Shown: positions 25,281 to 39,276 of the stretch, piece after piece
Position numbering within the stretch: position 1 is the first letter of the stretch
Layout: the number at the start of each line of letters is the position of its first letter
Source: Octopus vulgaris
Taxonomy: Eukaryota
Length of the DNA stretch: 64,000 nucleotides
Direction: 5' to 3'
NCBI GenBank assembly: GCA_951406725.2
Contig: OX597820.1
Coordinates: 115,382,001-115,446,000, forward strand
The notes under the pieces: generated by a model
Databases searched by the model: none
Told to the model about the DNA's origin: nothing
Seen by the model: only the letters and a program-made list of their open reading frames with translations
Translations under genes and position numbers: made by a program

Positions 25281-25530
25281 ATTGCTATTATGCAAAAGTG
25301 TTGTAAGTCCAAAACGTTGCTTTTTCAGAAAACGGAGAAATAGTTTCACGACACTTTTGTACGACACTGTTGTACGACACATTGACAAATTTTGATATCT
25401 TGGCATCAGAAGCAGCTGGAAATACGATAGTTTGATTAAAAGAACCGGCTATTGCAAGCAAAAATAAATATTGAAAAAAACACATTCAGCCAAATTTGGA
25501 GATACGACAGTTTTACATAATAGCAACAAT
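25281..25530. mobile_element. Degenerate MITE
   Basis: Imperfect TIRs ttgctattatgcaaaagtgttgta / tacgacagttttacataatagcaa. Confidence 0.5.
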
Positions 25531-25799
25531 ATATATCAACCAAATCCGCTTTGGTTGGTTTGAGGCTATAGTAGAAGACACTCGGAACGACTTGCATAAT
25601 TATGTAGAAATAAATACCCCATTTCACCGACTTTTCAAGGATAACGACATCAAAACCAACTTTACTTTGATAATAAAAAAACATGGTTGAGTTTATCGAA
25701 CACGGTTGGCGATCCCCAGTTCTAGTGAAGAGCTTGAAAGATACTCTTTTTGTGGCAAAATGAAGATTGAAGCATTCTAACCTTTGCTTTCCGCATGAC

Positions 25800-26450
25800 T
25801 TCATTTTCTTCTTTTCATTTTGTTGTACTAAATCATTCAGATGTATCAGTGAGGACGCTTGTTCTCTCACCTTTCCTCCCGCCTTTTCTTTTCCTAATCT
25901 TATGAAAGATACCTAAGCCAAAGCACAGGAACACTGATCACTTGCCGACGGGTCCAACGGGTGTAAGGCTCAACAGGTGTAAGGGCCCAACGAGTGTAGC
26001 GGTCCGATGCAAATCTATGCATGCTGTCTTATAGGGACCCCAGGACATTGTTTTGCCCGGGGCCTATAATGCTGTTGAGATGACCCCGCTAGATGGTCCT
26101 GATTGACAAAATGTTGCAGCATTTGGGGTCAGCGAAAAAACTAATTCCACAGCATAAGAGGGTCAATGAAACAAATGCTGTGGAACTGGTTATTGCAGCT
26201 TTTGTAGCAGTAGAATTTTCATGAATATTTAAAGGACAGTCTGTCACATCAGAAGAGAGAAAATCATCATCAGTGAAGATGTTCCAGTTTAGAAGGGGAA
26301 ATGTCTGTCACCCTAGAACCTAATGAGAACCATGGCTCCAGAACATACCTTCCCAACTAATCGAAGAATTTTGCATGCTTTGTTTTCGTTTATCTATGCA
26401 TGGGCAACGAAGTACAAGTTTTTGAAAGGCCCCAAAACGATTCTATCGGT
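25800..26450 (-). pseudogene. Decayed pogo/Tigger-like DDE transposase C-terminal part
   Basis: GSRVTDISP/LNWNIFTDDDFLSSDVTDCP (about 26320-26233) and RKRKGGRKGERTSVLTDTSE (about 25895-25837) match conserved post-DDE motifs GF..TGI.P.N.NIF.D.DF..S.VTDRP and ILTDTPE. Confidence 0.65.
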
Positions 26451-26937
26451 AGACTGCCCCTTGTGTGAATAGTGTAGAGGAAACGACAGCAACACCACGT
26501 GAAGAATACAACGGAATGCAATGCGAACAGGTCGTGTCGATAGTCTCAACTGGCAGATCTATAAACCATCATCTTCAATTGCCAACTGCTTCCAGCACCA
26601 AAAAGTACTGTTGCCAAAACGAGGCGAGTGTCCAGTCAGCCGTACCAAATAGTTAGCGTCGAAACAGCTGCGCCCAGTCGACTCATTCCGATTTTTGTAG
26701 ACCGTCAGCACTTATAAAATGTCCAAAATTCCATTCCACTTTGGTCCTACATACACTCATTTTAATTTTTTCTTGGTTTCAGCACAAGGGCTGTGGCCAT
26801 GCTGGAGATACTTTTACCTCTCCGCCTAATTTTTATCATTCTTCTTGTAAACTTTCAGTTTTCCTTCCGAATTTTTATTTTTTTATATTTTTATTTTATG
26901 GTGCACAGCATTCAGGTGCATCAGTTGTTGTTGGAAT

Positions 26938-27626
26938 CAGTGGTGGCTCGTAGATAAAATTACTGGGGGTGCTGCTTCAAAGATTTTTTAGCCGTTGTTT
27001 TAACATTGTGTAAAAGGAAACAAACATAAAAAGAAAATTTATACATAAATTCGATCGGTTCACGTCTTAGCCACTACCCGGTAGTGTGTTTAATTTGTTC
27101 TCTGAACACCACCGCGAATTCTCCCTTGATTTTCGAAAATCTCATCAAATCACAAACTAAGGTGGAGGTATGTGCCCTATTTTTCAAATCCTGGCAGCTG
27201 GAAGCAGGATAATAATTGAATTCTACACTTTATCTCATTCAAGAATATAAACACATCTTTAAGCACAACACACGCGGAGTCAAAAAGAAACAGTACCTTT
27301 CACCGGAACACCAGTCGGCACTGTCGTTCATCCAGTGCTCTCTCTCCATAGTGTGAAGCTTCCTATCTCAGACATGTGAGCATGCGCACAACAGCCAAAC
27401 ACCGCGTCGCTGGAACTGTAAAGCGCACAGTTCTATACAAGAATTTTTGTATTTTTTTCATAAACTAGGGGATGGCTACTGAGATTAAGCTTAATGATTG
27501 TATAATGTACAAGTATAAAGAAAGAATTACAGAAAAATAGACTCATTATATTGAATGTTATCGATAATATCGAGTGGGAATAGCGGGTGCTGCAGTTCTG
27601 CAGTTCCTATACACGATCCGCTACTG
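26938..27626. mobile_element. hAT-like non-autonomous element
   Basis: TIRs cagtggtggctcgt / acgatccgctactg; degenerate 8-bp TSD gttggaat / gctcgaat. Confidence 0.65.
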
Positions 27627-28549
27627 GCTCGAATGTCAAAGACTGCACTAATTTCCTCTAGGTCATTTTAATTATAGATTTTTTTCCCCCAAATACAGTT
27701 TAAAGATATAAACAGCAGATTTTGCAAAACGCAATTCTTTTTTTAGATCTCTTTGTTGACTGCACATTGATTTATAATAATAGCTTCAAAATAGCTAAAC
27801 TCACGCATCACTGTGATAGCTGGATTATCAATTATTATATGAGTATCTTGTTATAGGCGCAGGTACGGCTGTGCGCTTAAGAAAGTCGCTTTGCAGTCAT
27901 ATGAGAGTCGAGTTTAGTTACAGTGTGACGGCGGCGCAAGCGACGGCGATGGCGCGAATCAGCGTTTGTGTTTGAGCGTTTTCATTTTGGTAGATTTCAA
28001 TGTGTTTGAGCGAGTGAATATGATTTGAATCTGTGCATGTATGTTGTTTGTGTGTGTGGTTTGTGGGAAACATAGATCAGAAGAAAGAATACGAAAAGAG
28101 AAAGCAGTCAAAATGTGCAACGAGAGTGAAAGAAAGAGAAAATAGATGTGAGCGTGAGTGCCCGTGTGTGTACATGGCCAGTGCAGGTCGCGAAATTTTT
28201 TTTCCCACGAGAGTTCTGAGCCAATCAGAACTCACATTGACCTTATTGTCAAGTTAACAAACACTCTACCAAGTAAACTCGAGACGAAGAACGTGTGCTC
28301 ATAAATTAATTTGATAGTTGAGCTCTGCTTGGCTATATGCAAGTGAGTGCATAACTGGGGTCCGGAATTCTCGTGGGAAAAATTTTTCGCGGGCCAGTCC
28401 CAGGAATTTTTCAAAGAAAGAACACAAGGTCAGAAGAGAATACAATTCCAGGAGAAAAGAGCTTAATAACATTATTTAGAAGAGTACACTTACTTCCTTG
28501 TGGGGGGGGGAGCATGTGCCCCTCAGTTCCCCCTCCTTGGGTCCGCCCC

Positions 28550-29205
28550 TGGTGGCTATGTAGATAAGAAGCTCGCTTTGCAACCACATGGTTTTAGGTT
28601 CAGTTCCACTTTAGTCCCAGACCGACCAATGCCTTGTGAGTGAATCTAGCAAACGGAAACTGTGTGGAATCCCGTCGCATATATATATATATATAGTGGG
28701 GTATATGTGTTTGACTCCCACCACTGACTGACAACTTGTGTTGATTTGCTCGACGAAACCCTTCAAGGCGGTACCCTGGCACTGTCACAGTCCAATATTG
28801 ACTGATACAAGTAAAAGAAAAAAAAAAGAAAGAAGACAAGTGGTTGTGTGGTAATAAGCTTGCTTCTCAACCACATGGTTTCGGGTTCAGTCCCACTTGG
28901 GCAAGTGTATTCTACTATAGCCTTGGGCCGACCAAAGCCTTGTGACTGGATTTGGTAGATGGAAACTGAAAGAAGCCCGTCGTATGTGTGTGTGTGCGCG
29001 TGCGTGTGCTGTCCCCCCCACCCCCGCTTGATAACCGATGTTGGTGTGTTTACATCCGCGAAACCTAGTAGATCGGCAAAGAAGACCGATAGAATAAGTA
29101 CTAGGCTTACAAAGAATAAGTCCTGGAGTCAATTTGTTTGACTAAAGGCGGTGCTCCAGCATGACCGTAGTCAAAATGGCTAAAACGAGTTAAAGAGTAA
29201 AAGAA
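28550..29205 (+). mobile_element. Two tandem SINE family-1 copies
   Basis: Heads at about 28550 and 28838, each with body and tail. Confidence 0.8.
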
Positions 29206-29220
29206 CACATGTATACACCC

Positions 29221-29327
<107 letters not shown>

Positions 29328-30239
29328 TAGATAGAGATAGATAGATAGAGATAGAGAGAGAGAGAGAGATAACAAGGGAGAGTGATCGGAGAATCGAGCA
29401 AGTTAGATGAAGACGTCTGGGAAGAAGTGTGGCGGGGAAGAAATCAGGAGAAATCCGAGATGGAAGTTGCCAGTCAGTAAGAGAGAGGAGGAGAGAGTCA
29501 GGAAGAGTGAGAGGGTGAGAAGTGAGGTAAAATATTACATTTTTAAAAAACGTTTTAAAAGATTGCATGTAAAAAAATATGAATAAACTTGATGTTTTAT
29601 TGGTGATTCATTAACAAATTTATCTTTTTTAAATTTACATTTATCCTCTCTTTCTGTCATACGATGCAAAACAGTTAAAATCTTTTCTCTATTTTAAGCC
29701 GTTTCCGTGTGGAAAGTAAAAGCATTTTACGTGTAAAACTAAAAACAGGTCGGGAATACTCCGCTGTGAAGGAATTTATCGACTGCGATGACTGAAACGA
29801 AAAGGAATTCCAAAAGCCATCAGGAATGCAGAAATTCTTCGAAGCAGGAAATTCGATTTCCGGATAAAGTGACGACATTTCGAATGTATTCTTCTTCTCG
29901 CTTGCAAAATACCGGTGCAGTCAGTGTTACAACATATTAGACGTACGATAAACGTTTATAAACGTTTATTGTTACAAGAGAAGAGGAAGGAGAGAGAGAG
30001 AGAAGGGATAAGAAAAGCGATATCGTATGCCATTCATTGTTAGAAGATTTACTCTGAAACATAAGAGATTTGTTTAGTGCAAATTTAGCGAGTCTTTAAC
30101 TGACTGAAAAAACTTCGTTCAGTAGAAGAAAGGTAATGCGTGTTATTTGCTTCTTGGGCAATCCTTCGATATTAGTACACAACCTTCCCTTATGACCATA
30201 GATAAAGAGGCTAGGCTGAGAAAAAGGGTGAATTCTTTT

Positions 30240-30829
30240 TACTAAAGGCACAAAGCCTGGAATTTTGGAGGAAGGGGCCAGTCGATTAAATCGACTCCAG
30301 TACGCAACTGGTACCTAATTTATCGACCCTGAAAAAAAAAAAATGAAAAGCAAAGTCGACACCCGCGGAATTTGAACTCAGAATGTAGGAACGGAAAAAA
30401 TACCTATTTCTTTACTACCCACAAGGGGCTAAACACAGAGAGGACAAACAAGGACAGGCAAACGGATTAAGTCGATTATATCAACCCCAGTGCGTAACTG
30501 GTACTTATTTAATCGACCCCGAAGGATGAAAAGCAAAGTCAACCTCGGCGGAATTTGAACTCAGAACGTAGCAGCAGACGAAATACCTATTTCTATTTCT
30601 TTACTACCCACAAGGGGCTAAACACAGAGAGGACAAACAAGGACAGACAAACGGATTAAGTCGATTATATCGACTCTAGTGCGTAACTGGTACTTATTTA
30701 ATCGACCCCGAAAGGATGAAAGGCAAAGTCGACCTCGGCGGAATTTGAACTGAGAACGTGTTAACGACAGACGAAATACGGCTACGCATTTCACCCGGAG
30801 TGCTAACGTTTCTGCCAGCTCGCCGCCTT
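30240..30829 (-). mobile_element. SINE family 2 multimer (head, 2x tail A unit, tail B unit)
   Basis: Same architecture as 6076-6652. Confidence 0.9.
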
Positions 30830-31540
30830 GAAAAAGAGGGTGAATGACGTTGTACCCTCACACCGACACTCTTTAGACCAATATCGAAGGAACGCCGTTT
30901 CTTGTTTCATGTACTTGAGCACCGAGTTCAAATTTTGCTGAAGCCGCTTACGTCTTTCGGAGTCAGTAGCATAGCTGGAGGAAGGGAATGATAGGAGGGT
31001 AGCCTGCTCCCGACGACGCTTTTATGGGAGCTGCACTTTTGGGTCAGCTGTGTAAGCCTGTATGTGCCCCTCCCTGGTGGGGTGGTGATCAGATGGAGGC
31101 AAACACCAAGGCTGTTCTCAGTAGCACACCTTCTAGCTACCTCGCTATTCGGAGTCAATAAAATAAAATACCAGTTAAGTGCTGGGGTCGTTTTAATTCA
31201 GTGTTTTTCATTGCAGACAGGGGTGGATGTTATGAGAGATTGGAAAGGGTTGGGCTAATTGTCTAAATTAATAAAATTAAGATTTTTTTGTAACTTTTAA
31301 ACATGTTAACATCATGACGAAGGAAAAATTGAATGCTGTAAAGTCTATTATGTGAACTAACTATTCCTTATTAATTTTGTATTCTCATAAATAAAGCGTG
31401 GGGCGGATGGGTGGAGCCAAAAGGGCAAAATATTTAATTACGGTTTTGGTAGGGAATCAAGCCGATATTTTTTAGTTTGAGGACCGCTGATTTAATCGAC
31501 AAAATGTTTCCTGTAAATTTAGGACATAATTCCCAATATT

Positions 31541-31909
31541 ATTATGCCAATAATAAACAAACACACACACTGGTTCTATTTCACTTTTTTATTTTTAGTC
31601 AATTTTAATTTAATCAATTAATTTAATCAATCAATTAATCGATTGTTTGAGTAATCATTTGGTTAATCAATCAATCAGTTTGGCTTCACAGAGTCTTTTC
31701 GCTGCCATTCATGACCTCTTCAATGACATGCCTTCTTTACTCCTGATTAACTTCAGGTATGTCTCAGACTTTGAGAAACATAACTGATCGGTTGATTAAC
31801 CGAATGATCAATCAAACAATCGATTAGCTAATCGGTTAAATAGTTAATCAAATAACCAATAATAACGAAATGAAACATAACCAGCGCGTATGTTTATTAT
31901 TGGCATAAT
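31541..31909. mobile_element. Old foldback element
   Basis: Terminal attatgccaataataaaca / tgtttattattggcataat with long imperfect arms rich in aatc/gatt. Confidence 0.65.
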
Positions 31910-33607
31910 GACCCTCCTGAGATACACGAAACTTTGTTGATGTGCTTTAATAGTTGCTTTGCTTTATGTAGGTAGTTATGAACTAAGCTTAAATCCCGCC
32001 AGGTTAACTTTACTTTTAACCCTTCCGAAATCGATAATAAAAAACCCAAATCAAATAATAGAGTTAGTTTTACCGTTTATATCTCCCCCACCCCCGCGTT
32101 TGTAGCTTTGTACCTATGTAAAAAAAATCATTAACGACGTAGGGACAATGAACGGTAGAATCTTTAGCACGGTGAACAAAGTACCATGGAAGTATTTAAC
32201 TATAGTCAGGTCAGGGATCTCATGACAGGTTGATGAGACCAGTTATAGATACTATGTAAACCAGTATTACCCTCTTTCATGGTCGAGTGGTCGGCGACTA
32301 AACCTGTTCCCCCACTTGAGTAGCTTGCCACTCTCGTGAGGATGGTGTCTAAATACAAGACCTGTGAAAGGACGGATAAGCTCCTTGTGGACTAACGGCC
32401 ATCCCATGAGGGAAAGCAATGGTAAACGGTCCCAGTATCTCAGTCAAGAAAAAACTAAGAGAAACTGAGAACAAAGTAACGCTATGGCTTCATCCGATTG
32501 AAGAATTCACGCTTAATCGGGAAGACTTTCGTTGAGGTGTCATCAACGCGCTGCAAAAAACATACGATACATGAAGACGATGAAATATCTAATGGCGTCC
32601 ATTTACCTTCTACGTTCGAACCCCACTGAGAACGCAGAGGGTAAATGGACGTAGTTAAATACTTCATCGTCGTCATTAATCGTAGGCCTTTTTTTCCGCA
32701 CTCAATAAAATTTCGTCAGCGAAATACTGATATAAACTACTCCATTCCCATTGAAAGTTTGTGAGGAGACAAATTTGTGTAATTTACTTTTATCTTCACC
32801 GTTCCAAACGTAAACACCACTTCCTTTTATTTTACAAACAATGGCTGTTTTCAAGTGATAGTTACAATGTGAACCAATAATGGCCATCTTTACCTACAAC
32901 TTAAGATTGCCTTTTGGCATTAATGCTGATTCTATTGCTGTTAATTATTCTTTAAATACGACGTCAGTGCCTGAATAGATACTGCCTTTCTATATATCGT
33001 TGAGGGAAGGTTTTGCTGTTATGTCGCTGTTGGGGGGTCTGTCCCTGAGGAGGCCCAAACAAGGCGGAATCACGTGATCTGGCAGTTCCGGCGGCCTTAG
33101 CAGACAGTTCTCGTCTGTCAACGATATAATCACGAATTATATTATGCAGCACGAGTCCATATGAGAGATCCTCTCAAGGTAAATAACATCAAATTCTATG
33201 CTCTAACGCAACAGCCATTTTAAGTTGGAGATCAAGATCGCCTTTTGGCATTAAAAATGCTTCCATCACTATTGATTATTTTTCGAACCAATAATATCTC
33301 CTTGTTATTCCAAGTCTCCCAACTAGCATTCATTATGATATTTTATTATTTTTACAATACATTCATAATAATGGCGGTGCCCCTGCATGGCCACAGCTCA
33401 TAAGCTGAAACTAGAATCAATCAATCAATCATATCAATTTTCACATTCCACTTTCCATAATCGACTGGGTATCGTCAACGAGAAACCGGAAGAAAAGATT
33501 TGTGAGGTTTTAACTTCCACACTAAATTCTTAGACTATTTTCAGCATTGAAGAATGCTCTGTTTTTTTATTCATATGTTCACACTCACGTTACATGTTTA
33601 CACATTT

Positions 33608-33655
<48 letters not shown>

Positions 33656-34839
33656 ACGCGCGCGCACTTTATACGTATGAATAATAAAAGAATACGAACA
33701 AAGTGTAGATTTTGTTGAAATTATATTTCGCACACTTCCTAAGAATTTATTTGTTCATAAATGTATTGCACAATAGGAATTATATAACAAAACTATTTTG
33801 TCAGTCATTTAACAGTTGTCAGGTAAAATTGATCACCAGACCAACGGTTCAAAATCCTGACGAAATGGTTTGGCTACAAAAATTCATGTTACTAATTTCA
33901 TATTATGTAATACATTTATGAACAAATAAATAGCCATGCTATAGAAACGTGCGTATCATGACTTAAACAAAATCTACACGCTATTCATATTCTTTTATAT
34001 TTTCACGACGTTTATAGAACGTTTGTTTCAACATACATTTGATTTACGGAGTATATATCATTTAACTAGTTAATATTGCATTGCTTGTTATACTACCTGG
34101 ATGATAGATTGAATACCAGTAATATCATTGGTTTTCCTTCTGAGCTCCCTGTTAGACAAATACATGCAGGAGTGCTAGAGTTAATTGCCCTGATTGTTGT
34201 ACTAAAGAATACATACATACATACATACATACATATTCACGCGCATTCACTCACACAAACACAAGTACACACGCTCACACACGTACATACACTCACTTAT
34301 ACACACATACTGTTATATACAAACACCTGAGCTCTGTGATAATAATATACACTCACACACAAACACGCACATACTTCCACATACACACTTACACGTATAC
34401 ACAAACGCACAAATACACACACACGCATGCCCACACTCGCAAGAAAGAACATACACACACACACACACACCTGTGTACCCCATAGAAGTTCTTGATTATG
34501 TTTTAACTATATTTTCAGCATTGATTAGAAAGAAGAAGAAAAAACGAGTCCTGCTGTCTCCTCTCAAACCTCATCTCTTTCATCTTCCATGTTTCCCACG
34601 ACTTTCTTTTTTCATTTAATATCGATATCTCACAATTTTTTCAAGTTATTTTTCTAGTCATTCTGTGTCAAAATCCTAATAGCTTTTTTTTCTTTCTTGC
34701 CTTTTATTTATACCAGTATGGCATGTCTTTTTTTTTCACTTTTTATTATAATTCTTGTTGAGTAAATATATTTATTTTTTTTAATGTAAAGTATCTTTCA
34801 CGGTTGTAGTAAATATATTTTTTTAATTACGGTGTCCGT

Positions 34840-35583
34840 CACCACCGCCATCAACACATACAGCCTCCAGCACCATCAATATGGCCAATAGGAGCATTTC
34901 CACCATCATAACCACCATCACCATCACCAACACCACAACCACCACCATCATCGCCACCGCCTTCTCTATCATCACCACCATCATCACCCTCATCACTATC
35001 ATCACCACCAGCACCACTATCACCACCATCACCACTACCATCACTTATAACATCCCCATCATTGTCATCACCATCATCACCATCAATGGAGCCTTTGCAG
35101 AGTCGACGAGAGAAGCATTTCTAAGTGGTCGCTTGACCTGCTAAAGATAGCAGCCGGATTCTCTAAAAGTATTCTACTATCTAAAAAAAAAACAAAAAAA
35201 AAAAACACGGAAAGATATATTACACAATGTATTCCTAGACAACCCTGAAAAGACAGGATGGTCACGGCTGGAACATTTTAATCATTTCTCGATCAGGCTT
35301 GGCCCCAGAGCTGTGCAATAACAACAGCAACATAACCACCACCACCACCACCATCGCTGCTAATAGTACCGCCTCCAACACCATCACCATTCCCACGGTT
35401 ACTATAAACGACTGATGTCATTTGTACACAGACTAATGTCATCACGACCACACCAATTTGTCATAAGTATCAATCACAACCACCATGACTAACTGCAACG
35501 ACCATTCTTGTCGATGTGAACAGATAAGTTGTTCTGACACTACAGTCTTGTCTCTCTTCGCCCTCCCCGTCTCTCTCTCTCTG

Positions 35584-35619
<36 letters not shown>

Positions 35620-35878
35620 TCTTTCTCTCTCTTACTATTCTCACCGTCGTCGTCATAATCATCATCATCATCATAATCACTACCACAACTATACTCAACA
35701 CTAGCGCTTTCACCACCACCGTCACTACGATCATCATAAACATCGTCGTCACCTACAACCACCACCACCGCTATCATCATCATCCTCACCACCATGATCA
35801 TAATCATCGTCGTCACCACCACCTCCACAACTACAACCACCATCATCACCACCACCACCACCACCACCACCATCATCC

Positions 35879-35924
<46 letters not shown>

Positions 35925-35970
35925 AATCGACATCGTGGTCATTATGGCCGTTGTCGTCGTCGTCGCCATT
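34840..35970. repeat. Cluster of (CAC/CAT)n and (CT)n tracts
   Basis: Direct reading; source of the Thr/Ile and Met/Val ORFs. Confidence 0.85.
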
Positions 35971-37243
35971 GCCATTCCAATCGATCTGTTATTATTTCCT
36001 ACACAGGCTCTGCCAAATCGTTGTTCACTTTTCGTCATCACTCGGAAAGAACTCTGACTCAAAACTAATTTCCTCGCAGCGTTATTGCTAGCAAAATATT
36101 TTAAGCATGCAGCTCTTAAAAAGACCCACCGACCGACCGACCGACCCTTTCATGATGCACGCACGCGCATGCATGAGTGTGCGTGTGTGTGTGTTTATGC
36201 GTACGGGTTTGTGTGTGTCTGACTGTGTGAGTGCGTGTGTGTGTGTGGTAGTGTTTACGCGTACGGGTTTGTGTGAGTCTGTTTGTATGTGTGAGTGTCT
36301 GTGTGTGCGTGTGTGTGTGCGCGCGTGTGGTCGTGTTTACGCGTACGGGTGTGTGTGTGCGCGCGTGTATTTATGTGTTCGTGTGTGCGAGGCTTTGTGT
36401 TTCTGTGTGCGCCTGTACATGTATGCATGCATTTTTGTATGTGTGTGTATGTGTTTTGCGTGTGCGCGTGACTTCTCTGAGTTTTCCAAATATTTAATTA
36501 GTAGACATAAAATTATTGTTGATGTTTCTGCTGTTTTGCCTCCTAGAAAGAATAGGCAAATCACCCACAGATCGCAGCAAATATATAAAATAAATATAAC
36601 ATGTAAAAACAAATAAATAAATGGAACATTGTTAACTGCTACAGCTCATGAAAAGTAATTCACTTCAGCCGGGAAGTATTTAATTTCTTAGATAGAATTT
36701 TGATAGCGGAAACGATGTACTTATATTAATAATGTCTCAGGACTCTTTCAGCGTATTTTCTTTCCTTTCCTGCTCGTAAGGTCTTCTCTCACATTCACTT
36801 TCTCATAAGACAAATCTTTTTTATTCTTTTAAAAAAAATAACAAAGAAAGAGGGCTCTTAAATAATCCGAAAGGAGAGAGTTGAGTAACTTTTATATATT
36901 TTATGTACAATGACCCATCATCGGAAGTGTACGGTTTCGAAATATGAGTATATGTAGATCACGCCATATTGATTACCAAATTTTTGCATTGTGAGACGCT
37001 TTCCCTCTTCGTTATTTATTTTACTTCTGTCTCACTGCTTCAGACAAACAATAACGCTCTTCAGGTATTTTCGAAATTTTACGTTGTCAGGTATTTTGTA
37101 GCAGGCAAGGATTCGATTGAGCCTAAGAGAATTTGAGCTGTTGACCTCAAAATTTAGGAGAGAAAGTAACTAAACTAAATACCACAGTGATCATTAGATA
37201 TTTTAAAATAAGCTGAAAGAAACTCATTTTTCGTCAATAAAAT

Positions 37244-37409
37244 TATTGATCGCTAAATCCACAAGTTTTTTTTTTCTGTTTATTTCCTCGTGTTGCTTTC
37301 TGCCGAAGAGCGAAGGCTCGAAACGTAAAAGACTTTCTCACTTTCTCGAGCGTCAAACTAATACTCCTGCTTATTGTTCATGCACCTGCCTTTGTCTTTT
37401 GTCCGTAAA

Positions 37410-37413
<4 letters not shown>
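37244..37413 (+). mobile_element. Family A hammerhead-bearing short element
   Basis: cttt-CTGCCGA-A-GAGC gaag GCTC-GAA-ACGT-A-aaag at 37296-37331; ends in (TA)n. Confidence 0.7.
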
Positions 37414-37462
<49 letters not shown>

Positions 37463-37465
<3 letters not shown>

Positions 37466-37607
37466 TTTCCTTCTATGTTTCCGACAAAGAGCTCCGCTCG
37501 AAACGTTAAACCCTCCTTCTTTCCTGAGCAACCAATAATACTATATTTGTTCCACGTCCTCGCGTTGTTGTGTTTTTTTTTTGTGCTTTCTTGTTTGGAT
37601 TAACTTT
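37463..37607 (+). mobile_element. Related short element with mutated hammerhead core, between (TA)n runs
   Basis: gttt-CCGACAA-A-GAGC tcc GCTC-GAA-ACGT-T-aaac at 37477-37511. Confidence 0.62.
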
Positions 37608-37645
37608 ATATATATATATAATTGTGTCTGGGGAGAGGAAAAATG

Positions 37646-37679
<34 letters not shown>

Positions 37680-37860
37680 TTCGTTATTGTATCTAGTTTG
37701 CAAGATTCTTTATGTAAATTCGTGTGTTGAAACAAATTTTGCAGTGTCTGGGGAGAGTTATACTTCCTATATAAGAAACACACTCACCGGTTCAATTTCC
37801 ACTCTTTTTTTTTTTTGCGCCTTCCAAAATTTTCGTTGCTTTTGCAACCTAGTCTACGGA
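37680..37860 (-). mobile_element. Family C short element with degenerate hammerhead-like motif
   Basis: Minus strand tccg-TAGACTA-G-GTTGC aaaa GCAAC-GAA-AATT-T-tgga; body homologous to 60407-60625 and 24152-24312. Confidence 0.62.
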
Positions 37861-39004
37861 TGTTGTGCAGGCATGGCTGTGTGGTAAGAAACTTGGGCAT
37901 ACGCACATGTGTGCCATCACTGACTGTGTTTACTCATAACTTTCAGAAAGATGGCTATTTTTAACGAAATTTCTTATACATGTTTCAGATGGTGGAGATT
38001 CCGATTATATCGAAATTTGTGGTGAAAAAGTTTTCCAAGGGTGGGAAGAGGAGTTTCAGAAAATTCACTCGAGTTAGCTTTGTTTCCTCATAACTTTTCG
38101 AAAAATGGATATTTTGTAACAAAATTTTCTATAAATACCTTTCAGATGGTGTAGACTACGATTATATCGAAATTTCATATTAAGAAAAAAAACAAAAAAA
38201 CTTGGTAAGCTCGCACACATACATACCTAAACATAAAAAATGAAACTTGAAATTAAAAAAAAAATTGTGCTGTGTGTCAGTATGGATGGAAGCACTCCGT
38301 CGGTTACAACGACGAGGGTTCCGGTTGATCCGAATCAACGGAACAGCCTGCTCGTGAAATTAACGTGTAAGTGGCTGAGCACTCCACAGATATGGTGTGC
38401 GGTTAAGGAACTCGTGTATCGGTACTCAGCATTCGAACGAGAAAAGGCCACAGCATATCACATTCCTTATTCGTCGACGACGGTCCCTATCAGGTGATCT
38501 TGGCTCATATTTCAGCCAATCGTTGTTCTGGAGCATTTGTGTGATGTTAAGATTAATGGAAAGCCCCATGCAGTTTCGCACCAAATGAGGGCTGTAAATT
38601 GAGATGAGCGGGAAAATACAACGCAGAGGAGCCAAAGGATTCATAGTTGTTTCATTGGTCAACCAGCAGTTATGCTTCCTCGACTTCGTGTAAAAAGATT
38701 TCCCCCTCCACGAGCAGATACGCATAAGATTTTTTCCTCTCGCCTAGCATGCATTATCATACACTAGCGGCTGCTATCCGGCATAATAGTTCCTTTCTAA
38801 AGTAATAGTTGTAAAGAAACATTCATTCTTTTACTCGTTTCAGTCATTTGACAGCGGCCATGCTGGAGCACCGCCTTTAGTCGAACAAATTGACCCCCCA
38901 GGACTTATTCTTTGTAAGCCTAGTACTTATTCTGTCGGTCTCTTGCCGAACACACCAACATCGGTTGTCAAGCGATGGGGAGGAGGACACACATACACAC
39001 ACAT

Positions 39005-39244
39005 AATTGCAGCGTGGAAGGTGTTAATAAGCTATTTAAAAACACACAAAAAAACCCCGTTAGATTTACTTCAACATTTAAATTTAATTAGCCAAAATAT
39101 TTTCGGCGCTTTGAAACCACGACCTGTTCACTGCCAAAATTCTGTGTTTTTAAATGGCTTATAAACACCTTCCACGCTGCAATTAATTTTGTTTCAGCAC
39201 ACGATCACAGATCAAGTCACTTGCTATGCAAGTACATCTCCGTA

Positions 39245-39245
<1 letters not shown>
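39005..39245. mobile_element. Family B hammerhead-bearing element with inverted 5' duplication
   Basis: About 40-bp inverted repeat 39005-39045 / 39144-39184; motif on minus strand at 39088-39138; homologous to 44560-44769; ends in (TA)n. Confidence 0.72.
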
Positions 39246-39276
<31 letters not shown>

